Positions 1-9,588 of a DNA stretch of 64,000 bases are shown here, piece after piece. The stretch comes from a virus. Positions within the stretch are counted from its first letter, which is position 1, and each line of letters begins with the position of its first letter. The notes beneath the pieces are model-generated. The model made no database searches. It saw only the letters and a program-made list of their open reading frames with translations, and was not told where the DNA came from. Both the position numbers and the translations under genes were made by a program. The stretch covers positions 32,001 through 96,000 of the IMG/VR virus record IMGVR_UViG_3300032294_002363, one strand, 5' to 3'.

Positions 1-770
1 TAGAAAATTTACTATTAATTACAAATGTAAGTTCTGGTGCAATTATATATAATTTCGCCGATTCTACCGCAGGCGCAGTATTAACTGGAAATAGTAATTC
101 ATTTAGACTAAATCTTTCTACAGTATCTCAGATGAATACTGGTAATAAATTACAGATATTCTATGACGTTCCAATTGAAGATTTTGATTTTGCTAGTGGA
201 TATCTTACTGGATATATTACTGGATCTGGTACAAGTACTGGATTATATTCATCTCCTGTTCGATTGGATTATCAAGCAATTGGTGGTCGCGCAGTTGATG
301 TCGCTTCTGGATTCTTTCCTCAATATGGCAGAAATTCTAATGCAATATTAAATATAGATTCTCAAGGCGGTGGTGCATTAACTTTACAAGCAGATCTTGA
401 TAAAGATATTGATAGCGTTACAGCATTCCCTCCTGTTGGTGGTTATGCAAGCAATTATTCTATACAAACTGGAGTAGGAACAATTATTAGTGGTAATAAT
501 AGCCGACTTGCTTGGGGCATAACAAATTATGGTACAGGTAATATTTATCTAAAATTTGGCGCAGGAGCAACAGTAACAACTGGCACAAGCTTTGGTATAC
601 CAAATGTTATAACTGGTAGTAGTTTTAATATCATCTTAAAAGGTGGCAATACTGAATTTGATAATAACGGCGGCTCATTTTTTGATTTTACTCCAAAGTA
701 TAATGGACCAGTAAGTGTCGCAGCCTATCCAAATCAAAACATTAAATACATAAGCTGGGAGCTAGTATGA
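1..770 (+). CDS. 5'-truncated virion structural/fibre-like protein; paralogue of 60239-60736 and 62474-62974
   Basis: Frame is open from position 3 (ENLLLITNVSSGAIIYNFAD...LQIFYD), so the ORF starts left of the window. C-terminal QADLDKDIDSVT...SRLAWGITNYGTGNIYLKFG...SFNIILKG...YISWELV matches the two paralogues. Confidence 0.65.
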   Translation, partial: ENLLLITNVSSGAIIYNFADSTAGAVLTGNSNSFRLNLSTVSQMNTGNKLQIFYDVPIEDFDFASGYLTGYITGSGTSTGLYSSPVRLDYQAIGGRAVDVASGFFPQYGRNSNAILNIDSQGGGALTLQADLDKDIDSVTAFPPVGGYASNYSIQTGVGTIISGNNSRLAWGITNYGTGNIYLKFGAGATVTTGTSFGIPNVITGSSFNIILKGGNTEFDNNGGSFFDFTPKYNGPVSVAAYPNQNIKYISWELV

Positions 771-1045
771 TAGAACAAAAAGTAATAATCCATTCACCAA
801 CTATTTCAGAAGAATTATCTGAAATTTTAAAAGCAGTTAAGTTTCTTCATTGGGACGATAGTGGTCATACTCGCACAAGACCAGCAGAATTTGGTTATAC
901 TATTATGCCAATGCCAATTAAAGATGGTCCAGAACCAGAAGATCCTTTTACCGAAGACATTAGACTAGTAATTGGCTGGTGGTTTATTTGTATTGTTCCA
1001 GAAGATTTCCTTCCACCAGAAGGAGTAACATTGGAAAATGTATAA
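767..1045 (+). CDS. hypothetical protein
   Basis: 92-aa ORF, ATGA overlap with the upstream gene, overlaps the downstream start; no recognisable motif. Confidence 0.7.
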   Translation: MIEQKVIIHSPTISEELSEILKAVKFLHWDDSGHTRTRPAEFGYTIMPMPIKDGPEPEDPFTEDIRLVIGWWFICIVPEDFLPPEGVTLENV

Positions 1046-1868
1046 AAGATACTATGATATTGATGTTGATGCAAAAGTTTACGCGAATAATATCGTAAAA
1101 GCTGGTGGACGTATTCCATCTGATATAGGTAGCGTTAATGATTTTATAAGAAGATTAAAACAAAATAATCTTTGGGCTTCTTTTGCTGAAGGCTGGCTAA
1201 TGAGATCAACTCAAAATATTGGAACTGGTACAAGCGTTATACCTTTAAAAGACTACAATAATCGTGCTACAATGATAAGCGGTCCAACATGGAGTCCAGC
1301 AGGTATAGTATTTGATGGAGTTGATGATTATATTATATGTAATGCTACAGAAAATTGGAAAAAACTTGTTGCTCAAAAAAGTATAAGTGCATTTTGTGTT
1401 GGAACTTGTCCAACATCTGGAGGAGATGGAAATATGTTAACGGCTTATATACAAACTCCTCAATATATTTTTCTTTGGATTAATCCAAGAGGAGGTTTTG
1501 GACTCAGTGGTGAATATAGATATGGATCTATTGCAGCAGGATCATATTCAGCAACATTTGATAATACCACAACGGGATTTAATGTTTGGAGCTCAACTGG
1601 TGGAGTAGGTAGAAGAACTATAGGATATCGCAATACTACATCAATAGCAAGTGGTGGGGCAGCTTCAGCAGGAGACACTAATCAAGGATACGAACAATTA
1701 CCAAATAATTCTCAAGGTTTTAGTTTAACATTTGGTAGAGCTGCTGGACAATATCAAGGTACATATTCTCATTGCCTTATCTTTACTGATTATCTCTCAT
1801 CCGCAGACGTAACAACAGTTTATAACATAATTAAAAGCACAATCGGAAAGGGTTTAAATTTGCCATGA
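1038..1868 (+). CDS. LamG/ConA-like lectin-fold virion protein, tandem paralogue 1 of 5
   Basis: Family N-terminus (YYDIDVDAKVY...SVNDFI...QNIGTG) and C-terminus (YNIIKSTIGKGLNL); FDGVDDYI motif typical of LamG-like domains. Confidence 0.6.
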   Translation: MYKRYYDIDVDAKVYANNIVKAGGRIPSDIGSVNDFIRRLKQNNLWASFAEGWLMRSTQNIGTGTSVIPLKDYNNRATMISGPTWSPAGIVFDGVDDYIICNATENWKKLVAQKSISAFCVGTCPTSGGDGNMLTAYIQTPQYIFLWINPRGGFGLSGEYRYGSIAAGSYSATFDNTTTGFNVWSSTGGVGRRTIGYRNTTSIASGGAASAGDTNQGYEQLPNNSQGFSLTFGRAAGQYQGTYSHCLIFTDYLSSADVTTVYNIIKSTIGKGLNLP

Positions 1869-2647
1869 GATTTTACGATCTTGATATTGATGTTAAAAAT
1901 TATGCAAAGCGCATAATAGATGCTGGGTATAAACTTCCACCTGATATTAATAGCGTTAATGATTTTGTGAAAGGATTAAAAATTTTAAACCTTTGGAATT
2001 TAATAGAAGAAATTTGGCTTTTTAGAAAAGAACAAAATGCAGGATCTGGCTCTATATTATATGCTTTAAAAAATAATACTTATAATGGAACACTAAGTAA
2101 TACGATTTGGATTAATTTTGGATTACATTTTAATGTTGATAATGCATCATTTACAGCACCAAATTATAAGCTTAAACCAAGTCCGTTTAGTATACATGTA
2201 ATTGATAATACTAACTTTGGAGGATATACTAGCAATGGTATTGAATTTGGACATTATATAGCAGGTTTAAATTATGAAAGATTTTTTTATTTTCCAGGAG
2301 GAAACAGAGAATATCTTGGATATAGAAGTCTAGATAATGCTCAATTTAATCTTGGATCTCAAATAAATTCAAATAATTTTAAGAGCACATTATTTTCTTT
2401 AAAATCAGCAACCTCTTTTGAAGGTTATTTTGATACAACATACAAATCTGGAGGCACAAATGCTAGTTTTAATTGGGATCGGGATGGAACAACTAATGGT
2501 GCATTTAAATATAATTTTAGAATTGGTCCAAATCCTAATCCAACAACTTCATCTATTATCATCTTTAATGATAATATAAATTCAGTATATTTAAATTATT
2601 ATTCCTTATATAAATCTACAGTCGGTAAGGGGCTTGGACTAGCATGA
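1865..2647 (+). CDS. tandem paralogue 2 of 5 (putative lectin-like virion protein)
   Basis: FYDLDIDVKNY...SVNDFVKGLK...QNAGSG and YSLYKSTVGKGLGL; ATGA overlap. Confidence 0.6.
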   Translation: MRFYDLDIDVKNYAKRIIDAGYKLPPDINSVNDFVKGLKILNLWNLIEEIWLFRKEQNAGSGSILYALKNNTYNGTLSNTIWINFGLHFNVDNASFTAPNYKLKPSPFSIHVIDNTNFGGYTSNGIEFGHYIAGLNYERFFYFPGGNREYLGYRSLDNAQFNLGSQINSNNFKSTLFSLKSATSFEGYFDTTYKSGGTNASFNWDRDGTTNGAFKYNFRIGPNPNPTTSSIIIFNDNINSVYLNYYSLYKSTVGKGLGLA

Positions 2648-3477
2648 AATATTATAAATTAGATAAAGATGTAAAACAATATTTAAAAAGAATGAGCGCA
2701 GATGGCGTAAAAACACCAGCAGATATTTATTCTGTTAATGATTTTGTTGTTGGATTAAAAGATTTAAGTATATTTTCTAATATTTTGGAAATGTGGTTTT
2801 TTAGAGCAACTCAAAATTCTGGCTCTGGAGTTAATGTTTATTCATTTAAAAATAATAGAAATAATGGCATAATCCAAAATGGAGGAATATGGACAGATAA
2901 CGGCATCTTTTTAAGGGGAAGCAGTAGTCAAAAAATAAGGTTATTTACATATGAAAATTTTCCTAATGGACCAAATGAATTTGGAATACAAGTTTGTGGT
3001 ATTGTTCAACCTGTAAGCTGGGGAACAAGTTCTGGTATATGTATAGTTGGATCAGATAGTTTTTATATTAATACTAGATTTCATATATCTACAGGAATAC
3101 TTGGCGGGAGCACAAGTAATATACAAATGTTCGGAGTAAATTATGTTCCAGCAACGGATGTCTACAATAGACATTATTCTAATTCTCAAGCTGTAATTGG
3201 TAGATATAATTATCTTGCTTATATACCATTTGGTTTGGAAACAAATCAATTTGTTCTAAATTCTTCGGCTGTTGCTCAAGGCGGATCTACAACTTCTTTA
3301 AATTTTGGTCAGGCCACAGGTAAAAATCTTAGTTTATATTGTGGTCCAGATACAACAAATCGAGAAAGCGTGCATTCATTTTTGATAATTTTTCATTCAT
3401 ATGTTTCATCTCAAAATATGGTGAATATATATAATTTAGCGAAGACAACAATAGCAAAAGGGTTAAACATACCATGA
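2644..3477 (+). CDS. tandem paralogue 3 of 5 (putative lectin-like virion protein)
   Basis: YYKLDKDVKQY...SVNDFVVGLK...QNSGSG and YNLAKTTIAKGLNI; ATGA overlap. Confidence 0.6.
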   Translation: MKYYKLDKDVKQYLKRMSADGVKTPADIYSVNDFVVGLKDLSIFSNILEMWFFRATQNSGSGVNVYSFKNNRNNGIIQNGGIWTDNGIFLRGSSSQKIRLFTYENFPNGPNEFGIQVCGIVQPVSWGTSSGICIVGSDSFYINTRFHISTGILGGSTSNIQMFGVNYVPATDVYNRHYSNSQAVIGRYNYLAYIPFGLETNQFVLNSSAVAQGGSTTSLNFGQATGKNLSLYCGPDTTNRESVHSFLIIFHSYVSSQNMVNIYNLAKTTIAKGLNIP

Positions 3478-4292
3478 AATACTATCAATTAGACAACGAT
3501 ACAAAAAAATACATAAAGCGCCTAAATTATAACGGCTATAAAACCCCTACTGATATTTATTCTGTTGATCAGTTTATAAGAGGATTAAAAGATCTTGGAA
3601 TATGGGGAAATTTTGTTGATGCTTGGTTTATGAGAAATAACCAAAATATTGGAACAGGATCTAATGTTTTTTCTTTTAGAAATTCAACTTATAATGCAAC
3701 GCTTGTTAATTCTCCTACTTGGCATAGTAATGGTATTAATTTTACAACATCACAGTACGCATTTAGTCTTATCAATAATTTAGATCAAGATGTTACTTTA
3801 GTTTTTGTGGGGGCAGGAAACGGCGGGACAGCAATTGTTTTTGGCCAAATTTTTGGTATTCAAAATAATAATGGAATCGTCGGAAGTGGAGAAATAAGAA
3901 TTCAAAATTTTACTGGAAATAGTACTCAAATATCTCTTGGTCATAGAAATTCAGCTCATACCTCAGATCGAAGTTCTGGAACTATAACTAATCCATTTAA
4001 TAATAGTTTAGGTTATACGATGCTTGCTGGTAGCGCAAAAATTAATACAATATTAAATATAAGAAATTTAAATGCAGGGACTTCTAATTCAAGCACTTCT
4101 GCTGGATCAGGCATAGCTACTCTTAATAGAATGCAAATAAATGGCAGGTTCAATGATGGAAATCCCGTTCAACTTGGAGTCAATATTACATCTTCACTAT
4201 GCATGATATTTTCCCCTCAAATAGATTCTCTTACAACTTCTATTTATAATCTATATAAATCTACAGCAGGAAAAGGATTAGGACTAACATGA
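3474..4292 (+). CDS. tandem paralogue 4 of 5 (putative lectin-like virion protein)
   Basis: YYQLDNDTKKY...SVDQFIRGLK...QNIGTG and YNLYKSTAGKGLGL; ATGA overlap. Confidence 0.6.
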   Translation: MKYYQLDNDTKKYIKRLNYNGYKTPTDIYSVDQFIRGLKDLGIWGNFVDAWFMRNNQNIGTGSNVFSFRNSTYNATLVNSPTWHSNGINFTTSQYAFSLINNLDQDVTLVFVGAGNGGTAIVFGQIFGIQNNNGIVGSGEIRIQNFTGNSTQISLGHRNSAHTSDRSSGTITNPFNNSLGYTMLAGSAKINTILNIRNLNAGTSNSSTSAGSGIATLNRMQINGRFNDGNPVQLGVNITSSLCMIFSPQIDSLTTSIYNLYKSTAGKGLGLT

Positions 4293-5110
4293 TAACCAAC
4301 AGAACATACGGAATAGATAATGATGTATTAGCTTATAATGCTAGAATAGTAGCTGGCGGCAATCAAAGTTTAAGCATGCAAAGTTTAAGACAATTAAATC
4401 AATTTGTAATTTCAATGAAAAAAATGAATCTTTGGGCAAGTATGATTTGCTGGCCGTTAAGAGCAAATCAAAACGCGGGAAATGGAACAATTGGATATTC
4501 TTTAGGTGGTCTTGGAATATTTAATGGTACAATTAGTTCTGGAATTGTGTGGAATATGAATGGATTAGGATATAGTGGAGCAAATTTTGTTCAAGCCATG
4601 ACCGTAAATTCAAATATTAGAAATCTTTTTGTTTTAGGCGCAACAATATTTGGTGTTTTTAATAATTCCGCTGACGATAATTTTCCTGTTTTTCTTATTC
4701 AAGATATAGATGATGGAAATCCTGTATGGCCAAGTCTTTATGCTAATTTTTCAATAAGTACAGGAGTTATACCTGCTGTTACTCGTGGGGCTTCAAATTA
4801 TTTTCAATCAACTAGAGGAGGAAATTATACTGGTGATTTTAATACTATAACAGGTGTTATAAGATCCACTTCTCAAGCAGCATTTAGAAATGGAATAATT
4901 ATATCGAATGAAACTGGATTAAATGTTATAAATTTAACTTCTACAGCCTCTAATGTGACTGTTAAAGTTGGCGGGAAAGGAAATGGCGGAACAGGAGTAT
5001 CGGCTCATGCTTTTACACTGATTAGCAATTTGACATTAACAAATGAAGAAGTTTTAATATTAAATAATATTTATAAATCTACTCTTGGAGAAGGTCTCGT
5101 CTTAACATAA
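4289..5110 (+). CDS. tandem paralogue 5 of 5 (most divergent)
   Basis: YGIDNDVLAY...LNQFVISMK...QNAGNG and NNIYKSTLGEGLVL; ATGA overlap. Confidence 0.6.
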   Translation: MITNRTYGIDNDVLAYNARIVAGGNQSLSMQSLRQLNQFVISMKKMNLWASMICWPLRANQNAGNGTIGYSLGGLGIFNGTISSGIVWNMNGLGYSGANFVQAMTVNSNIRNLFVLGATIFGVFNNSADDNFPVFLIQDIDDGNPVWPSLYANFSISTGVIPAVTRGASNYFQSTRGGNYTGDFNTITGVIRSTSQAAFRNGIIISNETGLNVINLTSTASNVTVKVGGKGNGGTGVSAHAFTLISNLTLTNEEVLILNNIYKSTLGEGLVLT

Positions 5111-5114
5111 AGGA

Positions 5115-5120
5115 GTGTAA
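5115..5120 (+). promoter_or_regulatory. GTGTAA putative late-promoter element
   Basis: GTGTAA, 9 nt before ATG 5130. Confidence 0.65.
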
Positions 5121-5129
5121 TTCTTATAT

Positions 5130-5675
5130 ATGCAATTAAATAATCCAATCTTCATTAATCAAACAGATGCAGATATTAGATATGTCAATACTACTGGAGA
5201 TACTATAAATGGAAATATTGCAATTAACGGCAATTTAAATGCACTCGGAAATTATTATGTAAAAGTAGCTAGACTCTCAGATCAAACAATATCACAAGAT
5301 ACAGATACAGTTATTCAATTTTCTAGAATAACTGATCCTAATAATTGGTATAATACAGGAACTTACAGAATAACCCCTACTATATCTGGTAATTATTGCG
5401 CCAATCTTATGGTGTCATGGAAGCAGGGGTCAGCTGCTAGAAATATTCAAACTAATGTTCAAATAAGAAAAGCTGGCAATACATTTGCTATTAATCAAAC
5501 TCCAGTAGAGTCTGGATTAAATTTTTCAGTTTATGCATGTGGTATAACAACTTTAAATGGAACAACTGGAGATTATATTGAGGCGACTGCGTATTCAGCA
5601 AATCCAACAAGTCAAAATCTTGTTGGTGAAGCAGTTGGCACTTGGACTAAGATGGAAGTATTTAAATTAAATTAA
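5130..5675 (+). CDS. C1q/TNF-like jelly-roll domain fibre protein
   Basis: Short fibre-like N-terminus (RYVNTTGDTINGNIAINGNL), then IQFSRITDPNNWYNTGTYRITPTISGNY...LNGTTGDYIEA, resembling C1q head strands. Confidence 0.6.
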   Translation: MQLNNPIFINQTDADIRYVNTTGDTINGNIAINGNLNALGNYYVKVARLSDQTISQDTDTVIQFSRITDPNNWYNTGTYRITPTISGNYCANLMVSWKQGSAARNIQTNVQIRKAGNTFAINQTPVESGLNFSVYACGITTLNGTTGDYIEATAYSANPTSQNLVGEAVGTWTKMEVFKLN

Positions 5676-5713
5676 AATAACCCTCAGAATTTGATTATAA
5701 TATATATTATATA

Positions 5714-5719
5714 GTGTAA
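5714..5719 (+). promoter_or_regulatory. GTGTAA putative late-promoter element
   Basis: GTGTAA, 10 nt before ATG 5730. Confidence 0.65.
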
Positions 5720-5729
5720 TATCTATTAT

Positions 5730-6242
5730 ATGACCACAAAAATAGTAGATATTGCAGATGAAGTATATCGCGAATTAGGCGAACCAACAGATATAAGCAT
5801 AGCTTCGGTAGCTTTTTGGCTAAGAACAAATATTGGTAGATTAAATATATTAATTAATAAACCTTATTCAGTTAATGAGACTACTTTAGAAATATCGGAT
5901 ACAGAAAATGACCCATTTGGAATAACAGAAAAGACTATATTTAAATTAATTTATATATCCTTTTATTATGAAAGATTGTTTAGAAATGCTCTTGGCGCAG
6001 CAAGTACAGATAGCGTAACTGAAATTAGTCAAAATGGATTTAGAGCAAGAAAAATTAATAAAAATGATTTAGCTAAGACTTACTCTGATCTAAAGAAACA
6101 ATCTGATCAACAACTAAAATTAGTATTAGATAGTTATAACATAAATGATGTTACCCCAATACAAGTTGCAGGAGATGATACAATTGAAGAACCATATAGA
6201 TCTTACGTCTATGGTAATATAAGAAATATTGATAATCTATAA
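5730..6242 (+). CDS. putative head-tail adaptor/neck protein
   Basis: 170 aa, first of four contiguous genes before the tail tube; assignment mainly from synteny. Confidence 0.5.
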   Translation: MTTKIVDIADEVYRELGEPTDISIASVAFWLRTNIGRLNILINKPYSVNETTLEISDTENDPFGITEKTIFKLIYISFYYERLFRNALGAASTDSVTEISQNGFRARKINKNDLAKTYSDLKKQSDQQLKLVLDSYNINDVTPIQVAGDDTIEEPYRSYVYGNIRNIDNL

Positions 6243-6247
6243 TCTTT

Positions 6248-6691
6248 ATGGCAACAAGTTTTTTAAATGCTAATGATAAATCATGGTTCGAAGGCGCTGT
6301 TGATACTTGGTTTGAAACTTTTAAAAAAACTATAACAGTTCATAAAGAACCAATAAAAAACATTGTTCAAAATACAAAGAATCAAATGTTAGGATATGAA
6401 GAAAATTCTAACATTGTAGATTATACTTATACCCCAAGAAACCAAACCTTTGACGCAGTAATAATGTATAATCCAACAGAAAATCTAAATGAGAATAGTG
6501 AAATAAAAGTTAACATCGCAGATCAGCCAGTTGAAATTTTTGTTAAAGAAGACGCAAAAAATTATATTGATACAGATAAGAATGAAAAAATCTCATTTGA
6601 TGGTAAAAATTTTAATATTTTCAGTTCAAGCATAGCGAAACACTATATGAACGCAACATATTATGTCTATTATCTAAGGGAGACAAGATAA
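6248..6691 (+). CDS. putative head-closure (stopper) protein
   Basis: 147 aa, beta-rich; position in the neck gene order. Confidence 0.45.
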   Translation: MATSFLNANDKSWFEGAVDTWFETFKKTITVHKEPIKNIVQNTKNQMLGYEENSNIVDYTYTPRNQTFDAVIMYNPTENLNENSEIKVNIADQPVEIFVKEDAKNYIDTDKNEKISFDGKNFNIFSSSIAKHYMNATYYVYYLRETR

Positions 6692-7260
6692 TGGGTAAAG
6701 TAAATGTAAATTATAAAAGATTCACAGAAAATAGCAAGGGCATTAAAAAGGTTGCTGATAATGTTGCTCTCAAAAAATATGAATTATCAAAAGATAACTT
6801 TTTTAAAGATTTTGAGTCTCATCCTGTTACAAAAGAACTAGAAGGTGGACCAAGAGGAAGTAACATATCTAATACTCTAGGTGGTGTTGGTAATCTTTTT
6901 AGTTTTATTGGTTTCTATAATACTGATAATCCAATTCAAAATTTAAGAAGAATTTTAAAAGATAGTTTTTCAGTAAAAGAAAAAAGAAAAGGTAATCTCA
7001 TTAGATACATTATAGATTATCCATCTTTAAGTGAGATTAAATCCGAAACACCAATGCCTTGGGAAGGTGGAAGAAGTTGGGTTACTGGCATAGAAAGAGG
7101 CATATCAGGATTTAGTAATTATTTATACAAGAAATTTGGAGATGGTCGTTCTAAAGAAGCTTTACAATCTGATAATAAAATAAGATTAGCTTTTTATAGA
7201 AAAACAACATACTTAACAAGTATAATAAATAACTTCGTTAATAACATGAAATCCAGATGA
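6691..7260 (+). CDS. putative neck/tail-completion protein
   Basis: 189 aa basic protein between stopper and terminator positions; synteny only. Confidence 0.4.
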   Translation: MGKVNVNYKRFTENSKGIKKVADNVALKKYELSKDNFFKDFESHPVTKELEGGPRGSNISNTLGGVGNLFSFIGFYNTDNPIQNLRRILKDSFSVKEKRKGNLIRYIIDYPSLSEIKSETPMPWEGGRSWVTGIERGISGFSNYLYKKFGDGRSKEALQSDNKIRLAFYRKTTYLTSIINNFVNNMKSR

Positions 7261-8096
7261 AAGCACAATTAGATAATATATTAATGTCTAGTATGATCAT
7301 GTGGTTAGATAATAAACTACTAACTAAAGGTGAGGCATATAAAAATTTCTCAAGCAATTTCTATCCAATAACAAATATATATAATGGATTTTACTCATAT
7401 GGATTACCATTTAAACAAATTGTTAATGACAGTTCAATAAGTGGCGCAAATCTATTATCTGGAGTATATGTTAATGGCTCTTTTGTATCTGTTGGACAAG
7501 GCAATCTAACAGGAATAAGTCCTCAAAATGGTCAAGTATATTTCAATGCTAATCAAAGCGCTAATATATTGAGTGGTAATTATGCAGTAAAAGATTTTAA
7601 TATATATTTAACCAGCAAAGCTGAAGAAGAGCTATTATTTGAAAGCCAATATCAAACAAGACCTAAAACAAGTCAAGAAATAACTGGATTAGCAATAGAA
7701 TCTATCACATATCCTTGTATATTCTTAAAAAATAATGGTGGAAATAATCAACCCTTTGCTTTTGGTGGACAAGATGAGACGCTTATGGAAGTTCGAGCTA
7801 TAGTATTGGCTGATAACATATTTAATCTTGATGCAGTATGTAGTATATTAAAAGATACAGCTAGAGATTATGTGCCACTTATAAACAATAGCCCATTTAA
7901 TACATTTGGGTCATTATCTAGTGGTTATTATAACTATAATAGCTTAATATCTAATATTAACGTTGGGGTAGATGGTTTTTATATATCAGAGGTAACTGTA
8001 AGTAAAATATTTGCTAATTTAAATATTAAAAATAGCCAAGTTTATCCTGCATTTGTTGATTTTACTCTCAGTAATATAAGATATCCAAGAGTCTAA
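7257..8096 (+). CDS. putative tail terminator/completion protein
   Basis: 279 aa immediately before the tube; YPCIFLKNNGGNNQPFAFGG...VRAIVLADN resembles terminator-type folds; synteny. Confidence 0.45.
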   Translation: MKAQLDNILMSSMIMWLDNKLLTKGEAYKNFSSNFYPITNIYNGFYSYGLPFKQIVNDSSISGANLLSGVYVNGSFVSVGQGNLTGISPQNGQVYFNANQSANILSGNYAVKDFNIYLTSKAEEELLFESQYQTRPKTSQEITGLAIESITYPCIFLKNNGGNNQPFAFGGQDETLMEVRAIVLADNIFNLDAVCSILKDTARDYVPLINNSPFNTFGSLSSGYYNYNSLISNINVGVDGFYISEVTVSKIFANLNIKNSQVYPAFVDFTLSNIRYPRV

Positions 8097-8123
8097 AAAT
8101 CAGTTCTCTTGACTTAGATTTAG

Positions 8124-8129
8124 CTGTAA
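8124..8129 (+). promoter_or_regulatory. CTGTAA variant of late element, followed by SD (AAGGAG at 8149-8154)
   Basis: 33 nt before ATG 8163; this gene has a real Shine-Dalgarno. Confidence 0.55.
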
Positions 8130-8162
8130 TTATAGGAAAGATTTCTAAAAGGAGAAAATAAA

Positions 8163-9206
8163 ATGGCAAGAAAAAGAGTAATTTATCAATCCGAAGCACT
8201 TTTCGTAGGTGGTACAGGAAGTGCACAAACACTAAGTCAAGTTAATCGTGTACAAAGCTGTAACTATAGCTTTGAAATTCCACGCCAAGACGTTAATCAA
8301 TTCGGACAATTAGCAGCAATTGATCGTATCATTCTAGAACAACCAACAGTAAACCTAGACTTCTCTTACTACCTAAATAGTGGTGAGAACGAAAGAAACT
8401 TAGGTCTTACAGTTGGTGACGGAACAAAATCTGCTCTAGCCGATATTTTAACTGGCGACGTAGGAAATAAAAATTATTATATTCTAGTTTCCCCAGAAGG
8501 AACAGACGCAAACATAGATACAACCATAGCAACTGGTCAAGGCAAAACAATTGGTCTAGGAAACGGATTCTTGAGTTCCTACAGCATCGAAGCAGCAGTC
8601 GGAGGAATTCCAACTGTTACAGTTAATGCTGAAGCTCTTAACATGCGTTTCTACAATCAAGCCACAGGCAATATCCCAACTGTAAATCCAGAAGACGGAA
8701 GCAATGCAGCTGGAACATTCGCTATACCAACACCTGTCACAGGCGCAGGATTCTCCGCTCTCCGCCCAGGAGACGTAGACGTAACAATCACAGCCTCTAA
8801 TGCTAAGGGTGTTACAATCGCAGATTTGAAACCACAAACCGCCACAATCTCATTTGATATTACTAGAGAGCCAATCCAAAAACTAGGTAGTAGATTCGCC
8901 TTTACAAGAGAAATCACATTCCCACTCACAGTAACAATGAGTGTAGATGCAATCCTCGGAGAAATCGAAGCTGGTAACTTGGCAGATACAATCAATGACG
9001 ACTCATCTTCATTCGATGTATCAGTTCAATTAAATAAACCAAACACAAATGATCGCTCTGTTAAGTACACATTGAAAGGTTGTAAGCTAGACAGCCAAAC
9101 CTTCTCAAGTGCAATCGGCGACAATAAAAGTGTTACCCTTGAATTTAGTACTCAAATCGGTGGTCCAACAGATACAGTCCGAGGCGTATTCATACAAGGC
9201 CCATAA
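8163..9206 (+). CDS. major tail tube protein
   Basis: RVQSCNYSFEIPRQDVNQFGQLAAIDRIILEQPTVNLDF and C-terminal SQTFSSAIGDNKSVTLEFST; strong SD, followed by a terminator; upstream of chaperones and tape measure. Confidence 0.7.
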   Translation: MARKRVIYQSEALFVGGTGSAQTLSQVNRVQSCNYSFEIPRQDVNQFGQLAAIDRIILEQPTVNLDFSYYLNSGENERNLGLTVGDGTKSALADILTGDVGNKNYYILVSPEGTDANIDTTIATGQGKTIGLGNGFLSSYSIEAAVGGIPTVTVNAEALNMRFYNQATGNIPTVNPEDGSNAAGTFAIPTPVTGAGFSALRPGDVDVTITASNAKGVTIADLKPQTATISFDITREPIQKLGSRFAFTREITFPLTVTMSVDAILGEIEAGNLADTINDDSSSFDVSVQLNKPNTNDRSVKYTLKGCKLDSQTFSSAIGDNKSVTLEFSTQIGGPTDTVRGVFIQGP

Positions 9207-9233
9207 GTTAATTTAATTAACTTAAAAACTAGA

Positions 9234-9257
9234 AGCCCCGCGATAAGCGGGGTTTTT
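9234..9257 (+). terminator. Rho-independent terminator
   Basis: AGCCCCGC-GATAA-GCGGGGTT hairpin followed by TTT. Confidence 0.85.
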
Positions 9258-9258
9258 A

Positions 9259-9264
9259 GTGTAA
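9259..9264 (+). promoter_or_regulatory. GTGTAA putative late-promoter element
   Basis: Directly after the terminator, 36 nt before ATG 9301, as expected for re-initiation of transcription. Confidence 0.65.
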
Positions 9265-9300
9265 TCATATATAGGAATAAGGTTTGCAGAGGCAAAAGTT

Positions 9301-9588
9301 ATGATAAACTTAAAGCTAAAAGATTTATTGGCATTTCAGATAAATCGAAATATTATTAATCTATACAAAAGGTATTTAAATTTATTAGAAGATCTTCAAG
9401 AAGAGCATGTTAATATGTTAAATAAATTAAATAAAAAGGTTGATCTTGAAACATTAAAAAATGTTGATTATTTTGATGAAAATAAATATAATTATATAAG
9501 GAAAAGAATATTAGATCTAGGAAACGAAACTTATAGAGAAATAGAGAAGACATTAGAATTCCTAGATGATAAAAACCATGAAAAATAA
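9301..9588 (+). CDS. hypothetical helical protein
   Basis: 95-aa ORF in operon. Confidence 0.7.
   Translation: MINLKLKDLLAFQINRNIINLYKRYLNLLEDLQEEHVNMLNKLNKKVDLETLKNVDYFDENKYNYIRKRILDLGNETYREIEKTLEFLDDKNHEK

Noticed and set aside
1038-5110. Diversity-generating retroelement or invertase shufflon behind the paralogue array
   Set aside because: No reverse transcriptase, recombinase, near-identical template/variable repeat pair or inverted crossover sites seen; the copies are anciently diverged.
8109-8137. TTGACT upstream of the tail tube as a sigma70 promoter
   Set aside because: The hexamer 17 nt downstream is ATAGGA, not a -10 box; the CTGTAA element explains this site better.
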